Source: an uncultured Weeksellaceae bacterium (GTDB lineage Bacteria > Bacteroidota > Bacteroidia > Flavobacteriales_D > UBA2798). Taken from it: a DNA stretch of 64,000 bases. The stretch is from contig CAYWRZ010000007.1 of NCBI GenBank assembly GCA_964460845.1, positions 8,024 through 72,023 of the forward strand, written 5' to 3'. Position 1 is the first letter of the stretch, and each line of letters begins with the position of its first letter. The translations under genes and the position numbers were made by a program. Below are positions 24,734-34,759 of this stretch, one piece after another. Below the pieces are notes generated by a model. The model did no database searches and was not told the origin of the DNA. It saw only the letters and a program-made list of their open reading frames with translations.

Positions 24734-26782
24734 TTGAAACCGGAATGCCTGCCTGAAAATAAAGACACAAATAACGTGGGTATAGCCCTCAAACAGCTCC
24801 TTTTCCGGATTCTTATGGGGATGCTGCCATTCCTCTCTTTAGCGGCTTCTGCACAATCCCTTTCGATCGAAGCGCTGCAGCAACAGGCCGATTCTCTTTT
24901 TGCAAAGCGCGAGTTTGCGCAGGCGGCTACCTCCTATCAGGAGCTTTATTCCCGGCTCGAAGCGTTTTCTGATCAGAAAGCCAGAACGGCCTTCAGCATC
25001 GCTATCTGCTATCAGCGGCAGGCGATCCGTGATCGGGCTGAGCAGTATTACCTCGAAGCCGCCCGAATTTTTAAGCAATTAGGGAATACCGATAACTATT
25101 ATCTTTCAAAAGTCAGGGTAGCCGGTTTACTTTCGGATCAGGGCCGATACGGAGAGGCTATTCTTATTACCGAAGAAGCGATAGCCTGGTTCGAAACACA
25201 GAAGGATAGCTTTTCTGTGGCCTCGCAGCTTAATAACCTCGGATTGTATTTTTACCGCAACGAAGAGGTACAGCAATCGATAGCCGCTTATTCGCGCGCC
25301 ATCGAATGGCTGCAAGACAAAGACGATGCCCTGAAAGCAAAATGCTACAACCAATTGGGTAATATTTGGGCTACAGATTTAGGCGACGAAGAAAAAGGGC
25401 TGGAATATTACCGGAAAAGCCTTGTGCTGAAGCTGCGCAGCGCCTCACCCGAATCCATCAGCGCGGCGTATAACAATATCGGAATTTCGCACAAAGAGCT
25501 GCTTCGTCCCGACAGCGCCCTGTTTTATTACAAGCACGCTTACGATTATGCCTTGCGCAGCGGGATTCCCGAAGCGAAAATCAATCCCCTGATCAACATC
25601 GCTAACCTGTATAAGAACCAGGGTAAGCCACAAGAGGCCGTCAGCACTTATAAAAAAGTGCTTGCTTTTGCAGACAGGATGAACCTGCGGCAACAGGTCA
25701 ATGTACACACCAATCTGGGTGTAACCTACAACACGATCGAAGAATTTGAGGCGGCGCTACACCATCTTTACCTTGCCGAAAAAATGGCGATCAATTCAGG
25801 CCATCGTGCCGATATGCACGATATCGAAGTGCAGAAAGCCATCGCTTACCGGGGAGTCAACGCGTACAAAAAAGCGTACGAAGCACAGGTGCGTTCCAAA
25901 GCCCATTCCGATAGCATTTACCAAAAAGAAAGGGATCGCGAGATTGCCGATTTGCTCATCAGGTACGAAGCCTCCGAAAAAGACAGGCTGCTGCTTGAAT
26001 CGGAGCAACAACGGCAGCAGAAAGAATTGGAAACGCAGCGCCTTCTTAACCTGTTCCTTTTTCTGTTGGCGCTAATCCTGCTGGCGGCCGGGGTGATATT
26101 TTACCTGTTCAAAAAGAAGCAGTCTTCTGCACGGCAGGCTATGCTTGAGCTTAAGTTAGCCGAACAGAAAGAGCTGGCGCGTATTCAGACCGAACGCCTG
26201 CGTATTTCACGCGAGCTGCACGACAACATCGGCTCTTACCTCACCCTGCTCAGCGCTTCGGTCGAACAGCTTTCGCCCTTACAGCAAGAAATACCGGAGC
26301 AAAAGATAGCCGACTTGCAGGAATGCCTTTCCATGAGTATGCGTGAGCTGCGCAAAACGGTGTGGCTGCTCAATAATCACTCGGTATCTATAGAAGAGAT
26401 AGCTTACAGGCTACGTGATTTTTTTAAGCCCCTGCAGCAGCAGAAAATGCATATAAGCGTAGAGGTATCAGGCTATACACAGCAGCACCTTAGCGAAATT
26501 CAGACCACCCATCTTTTCCGGGTAGTGCAGGAAGCGGTGAGCAATGCGCTTAGGCATTCCTCCTGTAGCCGTATCCTTATAAGCCTCGATCTCGACTCGC
26601 CCGAAAAGCTCTGTTTTTCGGTTACCGACAACGGTTGCGGATTTGATCCCGAGGCCGAAAGAAAAGAAAGCGGTAATGGACGCTACAATATGAAATCGCG
26701 AATGGAAGAGCTGCGGGGAGAATGGCGTATCCTTAGCGCGGTGGGCAAGGGAACGACCGTAGAAGGTTGTTTTCCGATCTAA
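24734..26782 (+). CDS. TPR-containing sensor histidine kinase (HisKA_3 / NarX-LiaS type)
   Basis: TPR-like repeats in the N-terminal two thirds, TM segment LLNLFLFLLALILLAAGVIFYLF, H-box RISRELHDNIGSYL, and ATPase blocks NALRHS and DNGCGFD. The track start is a TTG; the ATG at 24815 (MGMLPFLSLAASAQS) is an alternative. Confidence 0.8.
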   Translation: MKPECLPENKDTNNVGIALKQLLFRILMGMLPFLSLAASAQSLSIEALQQQADSLFAKREFAQAATSYQELYSRLEAFSDQKARTAFSIAICYQRQAIRDRAEQYYLEAARIFKQLGNTDNYYLSKVRVAGLLSDQGRYGEAILITEEAIAWFETQKDSFSVASQLNNLGLYFYRNEEVQQSIAAYSRAIEWLQDKDDALKAKCYNQLGNIWATDLGDEEKGLEYYRKSLVLKLRSASPESISAAYNNIGISHKELLRPDSALFYYKHAYDYALRSGIPEAKINPLINIANLYKNQGKPQEAVSTYKKVLAFADRMNLRQQVNVHTNLGVTYNTIEEFEAALHHLYLAEKMAINSGHRADMHDIEVQKAIAYRGVNAYKKAYEAQVRSKAHSDSIYQKERDREIADLLIRYEASEKDRLLLESEQQRQQKELETQRLLNLFLFLLALILLAAGVIFYLFKKKQSSARQAMLELKLAEQKELARIQTERLRISRELHDNIGSYLTLLSASVEQLSPLQQEIPEQKIADLQECLSMSMRELRKTVWLLNNHSVSIEEIAYRLRDFFKPLQQQKMHISVEVSGYTQQHLSEIQTTHLFRVVQEAVSNALRHSSCSRILISLDLDSPEKLCFSVTDNGCGFDPEAERKESGNGRYNMKSRMEELRGEWRILSAVGKGTTVEGCFPI

Positions 26783-26852
26783 AATACGCACATCTTCGTA
26801 TGTTCGTCTCCTTTGGCTTTTTGTACTTTTGTATCAACCTACACTCATTTCG

Positions 26853-27497
26853 ATGGCGATTCACATCGCGATAGCAGAAGATAACAGAATAGCGCTTCGC
26901 GCACTGAAAGAGCGGCTGGCTCTCCATCCTGAGCTGGAAGTGAAATATACCGCCCATAACGGACGTGAATTGCTCGATAAGCTTAAAAAAGATCAGCACG
27001 TCGATTTGGTATTGATGGATCTACAAATGCCGGAAATGGACGGCGTAAGCGCTACCGCTGCGCTTAAAAAACAATGGCCTCAAATTAAGGTGCTTATCCT
27101 TACCCTCTTCGACGACGAAGAGTCCCTGTTCAATGCCATTATGGCCGGGGCATCGGGGTATTTGCTGAAAGAAGACAAGGCCACGGAAATTTTCCGTGCC
27201 ATTATGGATACGCTTTCAGGCGGCGCAGCCATGAGTCCGGCTATTGCCCTCAAAGCGCTTAACCTTGTCAAGCAGCCTTTTCAAGCCGGTGCCGCTTCGC
27301 AAAATTTTGAGCTCACCACGCGTGAAATGGAATTGCTGATCCAGCTTAAAAACGGGCTTACTTACGAAGAAATAGCCGTTAATCTGCACATCAGCTACCA
27401 TACCGTACGCAAGCATATCGAAAATATTTACCGCAAGCTACAGGTGAATAATAAGGTCGAAGCGGTAAAAAAAGCCTCCGACAATCGCTTGTGCTGA
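26853..27497 (+). CDS. NarL/FixJ-family response regulator (REC + LuxR-type HTH)
   Basis: IAIAEDN...DLVLMDLQMPEMDG receiver domain and LTTREMELLIQLKNGLTYEEIAVNLHISYHTVRKHIENIYRKL HTH. Start moved to the ATG at 26853. Confidence 0.88.
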   Translation: MAIHIAIAEDNRIALRALKERLALHPELEVKYTAHNGRELLDKLKKDQHVDLVLMDLQMPEMDGVSATAALKKQWPQIKVLILTLFDDEESLFNAIMAGASGYLLKEDKATEIFRAIMDTLSGGAAMSPAIALKALNLVKQPFQAGAASQNFELTTREMELLIQLKNGLTYEEIAVNLHISYHTVRKHIENIYRKLQVNNKVEAVKKASDNRLC

Positions 27498-27551
27498 GCC
27501 GGTTTCCTTTCCGGTTTTTTTCTAAAAATCATCTTTTTTCTCTTTCGCCAA

Positions 27552-27569
27552 ATACGCAGAACTGCGTAT
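27552..27569. promoter_or_regulatory. Candidate response-regulator operator: 7-2-7 dyad (A)TACGCAG-AA-CTGCGTA(T)
   Basis: Perfect 8-bp inverted arms ATACGCAG/CTGCGTAT with a 2-nt spacer, 55 nt after the NarL-type regulator gene and about 170 nt upstream of the next operon. The 7-2-7 inverted-heptamer layout is the classic NarL-family site geometry. Confidence 0.4.
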
Positions 27570-27739
27570 GGCATAAGCCAAGCCTGTGCTCGAATTTTGT
27601 AATCGGAATAAATGCCGACGAAGATGATTTTTATCCTTTTCTGTATTTGATAAGCTGTTTCGATACGCTGTAACAGCAAGCAAGATGCCGGAAAACGGAG
27701 TATAAGTCACTGAATTACGTGTTGGAAATTTTTATTCAA

Positions 27740-28483
27740 ATGAATTACCGTATGATAAAACGACTGCTCCTTCTTCTTTTTTTTCTTTCGATAAGCGCGG
27801 CTACCGAACTTTCTGCGCAGCGTTTTTATGAAGATAAGCTCTACGTGTTCAACTGGGGCTACGGAAGAGTAAACGGTACATTTAATATGCCCGACGGATC
27901 GGCTAAAAAACTCTCGTTTGGGCAAATGCCGCTTACCTACGAATTTTTTTCCCGGCACGCGTATTTCCACTCCGACATTCTCTCGCCGATCTTTGATTTA
28001 TGCCTGGGCGCATTCGACAGCCAATACTGGTGGGGGCACCGCAGAGACGGATTTATCTATAAAGGCGGAGACTGGCCGCTGCTTCGTATGGGCTTCGGCG
28101 GCTATTTCGGCGATGTGTTCGGGCTTTACGGAGGCGCGCAATGGAGCTACTCAAAATGGGAAGTGCTCGGTGAAACCAATTACACCTACTTGTATGATAA
28201 CGTCAGCCAAAAACAATTCGGCGGACACCTTTATGGCCTCGGTTTACACAAGGTATTGAATTTCGATAAGCTGCTGATCAGAAGCTCGGTGATGTTCGAC
28301 AGGGTGACCGACGGATTTAAAGGAAAAAGCTATACGAACGCCCTTACCTGGGATGTGACGGCGCTTTACGGAATTACGCACGATAATATGATCAGCGTAT
28401 TTGCAAACTACATCTACTCCGATCGAAAAGACGTACAGCTTTCCAAATTTCGTTTCGGACTGGCTTTAACTTTTGACCGATAA
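27740..28483 (+). CDS. Hypothetical outer-membrane beta-barrel protein
   Basis: Signal peptide (MNYRMIKRLLLLLFFLSISAATELSAQ), aromatic/Gly-rich beta-strand pattern, and C-terminal ...FRFGLALTFDR. Confidence 0.55.
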   Translation: MNYRMIKRLLLLLFFLSISAATELSAQRFYEDKLYVFNWGYGRVNGTFNMPDGSAKKLSFGQMPLTYEFFSRHAYFHSDILSPIFDLCLGAFDSQYWWGHRRDGFIYKGGDWPLLRMGFGGYFGDVFGLYGGAQWSYSKWEVLGETNYTYLYDNVSQKQFGGHLYGLGLHKVLNFDKLLIRSSVMFDRVTDGFKGKSYTNALTWDVTALYGITHDNMISVFANYIYSDRKDVQLSKFRFGLALTFDR

Positions 28484-28494
28484 ACGTATTGAAC

Positions 28495-30036
28495 ATGAAA
28501 AAACAAGTATTTACCTTATGTCTGTTAGCGCTCTGTTACGTGAGTACACGGGCGCAAACGTCTAACACGCACCTGGATACTTCTTTCCAATTGTGTACGC
28601 AGATTACGGACTTGAACACGCACTACACCAATTATCCCACGCCTACGCCGCGCAATTTTAACAAGCTGCTGGTGTTGCCCGACGATAAAATACTGGCTTC
28701 CGGATCTTCGCAGGCCACTTTCGGTAGCGATCGGCACAAGTTCCTGCTGCGGCTTAACAGCAATGGCTCAATTGATAATTCCTTTCAGTTTTTCGTCAAC
28801 GATTACGCCAGTAACCAATGGGCCATCGCCACGAAAGTAATGGCGATCAACGGAGGTAATCACTACCTGGTAGCGGGCTCTTTCAGTCAGGATCCTGGCA
28901 CTATGCTACAGGTAAAAGGCATATATCGAATTAACACCGATGGCACTGAAGATACGGCTTTCGATGCTCCGCTTATTGAGGGTACCGGTGTCGATATGAA
29001 CGGCGACCCGGCCGCAGGCGCAAGCGCCATTTACGATATGGATGTGCTGGCTAATGGAAATATCATTGTCGGTGGGAATTTTCTGACCTTCGGTTCCGAT
29101 TCGATCCAGCACCTGGCATTACTCAACCCCGATGGTAGTCTTAACCACAGCTTTTCGAGTCCGCTTACTACGTTTGTCAACGACCGGGTGTTTAGGGTGA
29201 AAGCCTTACCCGACGATAAGATATTAGTGGTGACCAGCAACAGTACACGTATCCTGAAAGCCAACGGTGATATGGATACCACTGCTACGCTCAATTTTGG
29301 GCACTATTCAAGTCACAGCCATTGTATTGCTATCCAGCCCGACGGTAAAATTATAATGGCAGGAAGGTTTATTTCCTTGCCGGGGCCTTCGGGTTCAGTC
29401 AAAATAGCTCGTTTTCACAGCGATTTCACGCGCGACACGACCTTTACGATTTTGGCAGGAAATGCCTTGGCTAATAATATCAGACTGCAACCCGACGGTA
29501 AAATTCTGTTGTCGGGTCCCTTTACCGAACTTGGTGGCGAAACCCGAAGAGGCTTGGCTCGGCTCAATGCTGACGGTACGCTCGACCAAAGCCTCGATCC
29601 CGGATCCACTGGATTTACCGGCACAGGACAGGTGTACGATGCCGATTTACAGTCCGACGGTAAAATTCTTGTGCATCATTCGCATACCCATCATCAGGGA
29701 CATATTCTGCAAAACAGCAATGTTACTTGCTTTGTGATCCGTTTGCAAGGTGGTGGCGATACGCCCATTTCGGTGTCTGAGCAGCTTCGCGAGATTTCAT
29801 TTCGTGTGTATCCGAATCCTGCTGTTGGAGAAGTGATTCTTGACCTGCGTGAAGCGGGGGTTGATCCTGCGGGTGCTTCCGTGACGGTGATCGATATGCA
29901 GGGTAGAGTGGTATGGCAAAAAACGCTTGGAGGATCGCTTTCTCGTCTTGATTTGTCGGCACTTACTCCGGGAATGTATTATGTCAGAATCGACCTTCCG
30001 TACAGTTCCCCGGTCAGAAAATTGATTCTTCAATAA
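28495..30036 (+). CDS. Delta-60-repeat protein with T9SS C-terminal sorting domain
   Basis: Signal peptide. Repeated units of the type PDGKILLSGPFTELGGETRRGLARLNADGTLDQS. C-terminal VYPNPAVGEVILDL...GMYYVRID is a T9SS CTD. Confidence 0.75.
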   Translation: MKKQVFTLCLLALCYVSTRAQTSNTHLDTSFQLCTQITDLNTHYTNYPTPTPRNFNKLLVLPDDKILASGSSQATFGSDRHKFLLRLNSNGSIDNSFQFFVNDYASNQWAIATKVMAINGGNHYLVAGSFSQDPGTMLQVKGIYRINTDGTEDTAFDAPLIEGTGVDMNGDPAAGASAIYDMDVLANGNIIVGGNFLTFGSDSIQHLALLNPDGSLNHSFSSPLTTFVNDRVFRVKALPDDKILVVTSNSTRILKANGDMDTTATLNFGHYSSHSHCIAIQPDGKIIMAGRFISLPGPSGSVKIARFHSDFTRDTTFTILAGNALANNIRLQPDGKILLSGPFTELGGETRRGLARLNADGTLDQSLDPGSTGFTGTGQVYDADLQSDGKILVHHSHTHHQGHILQNSNVTCFVIRLQGGGDTPISVSEQLREISFRVYPNPAVGEVILDLREAGVDPAGASVTVIDMQGRVVWQKTLGGSLSRLDLSALTPGMYYVRIDLPYSSPVRKLILQ

Positions 30037-30072
30037 GGTGGAAAGGATAGGGTAAGCTGTGCAAGAGCAGGC

Positions 30073-30561
30073 TTACTCTTCGAGCTTGCTCCGCATATCG
30101 AGCACCTTGTTTTTAAGCTCTTCTTTGAAACGGGCTAAGCGTTGGCGCACTTCGGCATCGGAAGCGCCGATGATTTGCGCAGCCAGGATACCGGCATTGC
30201 GGGCTCCGTTGAGAGCGACGGTAGCCACAGGTACACCCGAAGGCATTTGAAGGATAGAAAGTACAGAGTCCCAACCGTCGATCGAGTTTGAAGATTTGAC
30301 CGGTACGCCTATTACGGGCAGGGGCGTAAGAGAAGCGGTCATGCCCGGAAGATGGGCAGCTCCACCGGCGCCGGCGATGATCACTTTTAATCCGCGATCG
30401 ACTGCACTGCGAGCGTAGTCGTACATCAGCTCGGGTGTGCGGTGTGCCGATACGATGGTCAGCTCGTAAGCGATTCCGAATTCGTTTAAGGCATCGGCTG
30501 CTTCCTGCATAACCGGCAGGTCTGAGCGACTTCCCATAATGATTCCAACTTGTACGTGCAT
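30073..30561 (-). CDS. purE: 5-(carboxyamino)imidazole ribonucleotide mutase
   Basis: IIMGSRSDLPVM, SAHRTP and GAGGAAHLPGM blocks; 162 aa; directly downstream of purK. Confidence 0.95.
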   Translation of the reverse strand: MHVQVGIIMGSRSDLPVMQEAADALNEFGIAYELTIVSAHRTPELMYDYARSAVDRGLKVIIAGAGGAAHLPGMTASLTPLPVIGVPVKSSNSIDGWDSVLSILQMPSGVPVATVALNGARNAGILAAQIIGASDAEVRQRLARFKEELKNKVLDMRSKLEE

Positions 30562-30571
30562 TTGCAGAAAA

Positions 30572-31723
30572 TTAAGCGGATTTTACTTTCAGTATATTTT
30601 TTACGGTAAAAGCTTTTTGCTTTGCTTCCTCGAGGGTAGCAGCGGTGACCGTAACGTGTCCCATTTTTCGGAAGGGCCGGGTCATTTTTTTGCCGTACAG
30701 GTGTACATATACACCCGGCATAGCCAGCGCCTCTTCGAGTCCTTCGTAAAGGGCAGCGCCGCTGTGTCCTTCTTCGCCTAAGAGGTTGACCATGACAGCC
30801 GGTCTTACGGTGTCTGTCGCTCCGGCAGGCAATGCCAGTATGGCACGAAGATGCTGCCCGTATTGCGAGCTCAGGTTGGCTTCGATGGTATGGTGTCCGC
30901 TGTTGTGCGGGCGTGGGGCAATTTCGTTGACCAGTACGGTACCGTCTTTTTCGACAAACATTTCTACGGCTAATAGACCTACTATACCTGTCGCTTCGGC
31001 CACCCGGCGGGCGATGTCGAGGGCGCGGTTACTGATTTCGGCTTCCAGATTGGCCGGCGCGAAAAGAAATTCGACCAGGTTAGCCTGCGGATTAAATTCA
31101 CATTCAACTACTGGAAAAAGCGCTGTTTCACCTTGTGCATTCCGGGATACGAGCACCGAAATTTCTTTTTCAAAATCGATGGTTTTTTCAAGTACGCTGG
31201 GCACGTCGAAGGCTTCTTCGAAGCGTTCGGTGCTGTCGAGGCGAAATACGCCTTTCCCGTCGTAACCGCCTTTTCGCATTTTTTGAAAGAAAGGCAATTG
31301 ATCGCTGTAGGTAGCGAGGGCGGCGCGGTTTTCTATCAGAAAAAAATCGGCAGTTGGGATATCGTGCTGTCTGTAAAATTCTTTTTGCAGCCCTTTGTCT
31401 TGCACCATTCGCAGAATGTGGGGCTGGGGATATACTTTTACCCCTTCTTTTTCAAGCTGTTCGAGCGCATCGGTATTGACGTGTTCAATTTCGATGGTGA
31501 GCAGGTTTTTATTTTTTCCGAAGCGATATACGGTATCGTAATCGAGTAGCGAACCGGTTTCAAATTCGCCGGCTAATTCTTTGCAGGGCGCTTCGGGATC
31601 GGGATCGAGCACGGCCACGCTGAGGTTCAGGTTTATGGCTTCCTGGATAAGCATGCGGCCCAATTGTCCGCCTCCGAGGATACCCAGCCTGAAGCCGGGC
31701 TGATAAAAAGCAGGAGTACGCAT
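30572..31723 (-). CDS. purK: 5-(carboxyamino)imidazole ribonucleotide synthase
   Basis: LGILGGGQLGRM N-terminus, an ATP-grasp core, and adjacency to purE. Confidence 0.92.
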   Translation of the reverse strand: MRTPAFYQPGFRLGILGGGQLGRMLIQEAINLNLSVAVLDPDPEAPCKELAGEFETGSLLDYDTVYRFGKNKNLLTIEIEHVNTDALEQLEKEGVKVYPQPHILRMVQDKGLQKEFYRQHDIPTADFFLIENRAALATYSDQLPFFQKMRKGGYDGKGVFRLDSTERFEEAFDVPSVLEKTIDFEKEISVLVSRNAQGETALFPVVECEFNPQANLVEFLFAPANLEAEISNRALDIARRVAEATGIVGLLAVEMFVEKDGTVLVNEIAPRPHNSGHHTIEANLSSQYGQHLRAILALPAGATDTVRPAVMVNLLGEEGHSGAALYEGLEEALAMPGVYVHLYGKKMTRPFRKMGHVTVTAATLEEAKQKAFTVKNILKVKSA

Positions 31724-31780
31724 GGCGCAAATATAGGGGAGTTGCCCGAAACTGTGGGGCCTAAAAGGAAAAACTATTCT

Positions 31781-31809
31781 AAAAAAGAAAAGCCCCCAAA
31801 ATGGGGGCT
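31781..31809 (-). terminator. Rho-independent terminator of the OMP gene
   Basis: Perfect 8-bp stem AGCCCCCA/TGGGGGCT with a 3-nt loop, followed on the minus strand by TTTCTTTTTT. Confidence 0.7.
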
Positions 31810-31834
31810 TTTACTATTTACGCTTCTAAGCGAA

Positions 31835-32737
31835 TTAGAAGTGCAGGTTCAGAGAAAGTGTACCGCTGGGAACGAACTGAGTAGCACCAGTTCCGAAAGC
31901 GTTACGGTCTGTGTCGATCAGGAAGCGTGAGCCACCGGCAGTTTCAGTAGTTACAGTTCCTACAGTAGTACCGTTGATAGATTCTACTGAGCGTGAGCCA
32001 GTACCTTGTGAAGCGAAACCGATACCCCAGCCGAATTCACCGGCGATAGAGATTTTAGGCAGAACGAAATATTCTGCACCGATGAAACCTCTTACACCGA
32101 TACCGAATACAGAACCGGCTTTGTCTTCAGTTACACGACCGATGTTACCGAAACCGTCGTTACCTACGATGTTACCACCGAAGTTGTAAGAATCGTTTAC
32201 GGTTACAGCAGGAGTACCAGTGGGAGCGAGTCCGTTAGCATACTCATAGCTAGCTTTGTTGGTAGAGAACCACAGGAAAGCCTCACCACCGTAGAAACCT
32301 TGCAGACGGCCTTTACCGCGACGCAGTTCGATACCGGCACCAAGACCTACGAATGTAGAAGAGAATTTCTCTTTGTCTTCTACCATTGTGGGCAGGTTAG
32401 GATAAGAAGGAGCAGTAGTGCTGGGCTGAGCTACCAGACCTTTGTTCGCTTCAGAGTTGAAACCGATACGTACAGTAGCACGGTATGCAGTTTGTGCATC
32501 TACGAACAGTTTACCTTTGATGGTGTTCAGACCGTTCAGGTGGTTCCAGGTCGGAGCAGTAGCACCGGCGTTAGACAACAACTGACCAGCGTAGTTCAGG
32601 AAAGGAGAAGCGTCGATGCTGATAGCCCAGTCACCGGCTTCGGGCAGATATGCCTCACCTTTTTTTGAAGTCAAGTCTTGTGCGAATGTGGCAGTCGCAG
32701 CGAAAACTGATGCAAGTACTAAAACTTTCTTTTTCAT
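31835..32737 (-). CDS. Outer-membrane beta-barrel protein (porin-like), probably abundant
   Basis: Signal peptide MKKKVLVLASVFAATATFAQ, Gly/Thr/aromatic-rich strands, and a C-terminal ...LSLNLHF. Strong promoter box and terminator. Confidence 0.7.
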   Translation of the reverse strand: MKKKVLVLASVFAATATFAQDLTSKKGEAYLPEAGDWAISIDASPFLNYAGQLLSNAGATAPTWNHLNGLNTIKGKLFVDAQTAYRATVRIGFNSEANKGLVAQPSTTAPSYPNLPTMVEDKEKFSSTFVGLGAGIELRRGKGRLQGFYGGEAFLWFSTNKASYEYANGLAPTGTPAVTVNDSYNFGGNIVGNDGFGNIGRVTEDKAGSVFGIGVRGFIGAEYFVLPKISIAGEFGWGIGFASQGTGSRSVESINGTTVGTVTTETAGGSRFLIDTDRNAFGTGATQFVPSGTLSLNLHF

Positions 32738-32789
32738 AAATGGTTATTTAGGTTTTGAATTTTGCGCTTTGATTTAGCGAATTCCGTGC

Positions 32790-32797
32790 CAAATATA
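32790..32797 (-). promoter_or_regulatory. -7 promoter box (TATATTTG on minus strand) for the OMP gene
   Basis: CAAATATA on the plus strand reads TATATTTG on the minus strand, about 55 nt upstream of the ATG at 32737. Confidence 0.45.
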
Positions 32798-32894
32798 CAA
32801 CACTTTTTTAAATCCACACTTATTCACAAATTTTCCGTTTTTCAACTCTTTTTTGTTCAAAACAGGATTTCTAACGGGCTAATCATCAAGAGGG

Positions 32895-33575
32895 TTACGT
32901 TTTTCGAAAAAAAACCTGAGAGTTAGAGACCTGTTTTTCCTCCAGCATCGGGACAAATCGGAACTTACCGAGCTCACGGCTTTCGAGGGTTCCGGTCGCA
33001 TTTTTTTCTACTAATATCATGGTTTGCTCGTCCTGACCTACGGGAATCACCATTCGTCCGCCGGGCTTGAGCTGCAAAGCCAGCTCTTCGGGGATGTAGG
33101 GGGCTCCGCAGGTCACAATAATCTTGTCGTAAGGTGCAAAAGCGGGCTGTCCGCGAAATCCGTCGCCATAAAAGAGGCGGGGTGTAAAGTTAAAAAGGCT
33201 CAGCGTAGCACGGGCCTTGGTAAAAAGCTCTTTTTGTCTTTCTATAGAGAACACTTTTGCGCCAAGCTGGCAGAGAATAGCCGTTTGAAATCCGCAGCCG
33301 GTTCCTATTTCCAGCACTTTATCGCCTTTGCGAAGCTGGAGCAGGTGCGTTTGGTAAGCTACGGTATAAGGGTTCGAAATGGTTTGACCCGCTCCGATGT
33401 GGAATGCTTTTTCTTCGTAGGCATGTTCGTCGAAAGCATTGTCGCCGAGAAATACGTGACGGGGTATTTTATCGAAAGCATCGAGCAGCGTTTCCTCAAA
33501 AACACCGTGTTCCCGCAGCGCCTGTATCATCTTGCGGCGTAGTCCTTTCTGCTTGTATGTATCAACGAAATTCAT
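32895..33575 (-). CDS. pcm: Protein-L-isoaspartate O-methyltransferase
   Basis: DKIPRHVFL, the SAM-binding VLEIGTGCGFQTA, and ...MVIPVG blocks. Confidence 0.88.
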   Translation of the reverse strand: MNFVDTYKQKGLRRKMIQALREHGVFEETLLDAFDKIPRHVFLGDNAFDEHAYEEKAFHIGAGQTISNPYTVAYQTHLLQLRKGDKVLEIGTGCGFQTAILCQLGAKVFSIERQKELFTKARATLSLFNFTPRLFYGDGFRGQPAFAPYDKIIVTCGAPYIPEELALQLKPGGRMVIPVGQDEQTMILVEKNATGTLESRELGKFRFVPMLEEKQVSNSQVFFRKT

Positions 33576-33684
33576 GAATCGTGTGGGTTAGCGACAAATC
33601 GCTGTTGAAAATTACTGCGAATATGCAAAAATGCAGCGGTTGCATGAAGTATTTTTATCACAGATATTTTCAACAAGGCGGCTT

Positions 33685-34668
33685 ATGCTAAAAATCGGCG
33701 TGCTGGGTGCCGGACACCTCGGCAGGATACACCTCAAACTGATCCGGGAAATTCCTGAATACGAGCTGGTAGGATTTTACGACCCCGACGATGTGCAGGC
33801 CGGTATTGCCATAGACACCTATCAGGTAACCCGTTTTCCCGATATCGACAGCCTTATCAATGCCTGCGACGTAATTGATATTGTAACGCCCACGCTGGCG
33901 CATTTTGAATGTGCCCAACGCAGCCTGAAAAGCTTCAGACACGTATTTATAGAAAAGCCCATTACCACCACCCCCGAAGAGGCAAAAGCGCTTATCAGCC
34001 TGGCCGGAGAAGCCAATGTGCTGGGGCAGGTGGGGCATGTAGAGCGTTTTAATCCGGCGTTTAAAGCCGCCCTGCCGTATTTTGAACAGCCTATGTTCAT
34101 TGAGGCGCATCGTTTGGCGGTATGGAATCCGAGGGGAACCGACGTATCGGTGGTGCTCGACCTGATGATTCACGATATTGATATTGTACTTAGCGTAGTC
34201 AATTCCAATATTCGTCGCATCAGCGCCAGCGGTGTGGCTGTGGTGAGCGATTCGCCCGATATTTCCAATGCGCGTATCGAGTTCGACAACGGCTGTGTAG
34301 CTAATCTGACAGCCAGTCGCATTTCGCTGAAAAATATGCGCAAATCACGTTTTTTTCAGCGCGATGCTTATATAAGTGTGGACTTCCTGGCCCGGCAGGC
34401 CGAAATTGTGCGCATGAAAGAGCCCGAAGGAGAGCCCGATCCCTTTGCCATGACGATCGATTTAGGGGCCGAAAAAGGACAGCGTGTCATTTTCTTCGAC
34501 AAGCCGCAGATAGCCGAAACCAATGCCATTCGCGACGAACTCAGCGCCTTTGCCCGATCCATCCTGAACCGGACGATGCCCGAAGTCACTTTATCTGACG
34601 GTTACCGTGCGCTCGATGTGGCTTATAAAGTGATCGAAAAAATGGAGATTACCTCCGGCATTTCCTGA
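33685..34668 (+). CDS. Gfo/Idh/MocA family oxidoreductase
   Basis: MLKIGVLGAGHLGRIH Rossmann N-terminus and the FIEKP motif. Start moved to the ATG at 33685. Confidence 0.8.
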   Translation: MLKIGVLGAGHLGRIHLKLIREIPEYELVGFYDPDDVQAGIAIDTYQVTRFPDIDSLINACDVIDIVTPTLAHFECAQRSLKSFRHVFIEKPITTTPEEAKALISLAGEANVLGQVGHVERFNPAFKAALPYFEQPMFIEAHRLAVWNPRGTDVSVVLDLMIHDIDIVLSVVNSNIRRISASGVAVVSDSPDISNARIEFDNGCVANLTASRISLKNMRKSRFFQRDAYISVDFLARQAEIVRMKEPEGEPDPFAMTIDLGAEKGQRVIFFDKPQIAETNAIRDELSAFARSILNRTMPEVTLSDGYRALDVAYKVIEKMEITSGIS

Positions 34669-34759
34669 AAACAAGCCTTTTCGGGGATATTGCCCCCATC
34701 CTTTAGCAAAGCAAAATAAAAAGGGTACTTTTGCGTTCCCCTACAAGGAAAACCATTAC

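Noticed and set aside
30055-30085. Hairpin GTAAGC...GCTTAC at the purE 3' end as a terminator
   Set aside because: The stem is imperfect, there is no T-run on either strand, and it overlaps the purE stop region.
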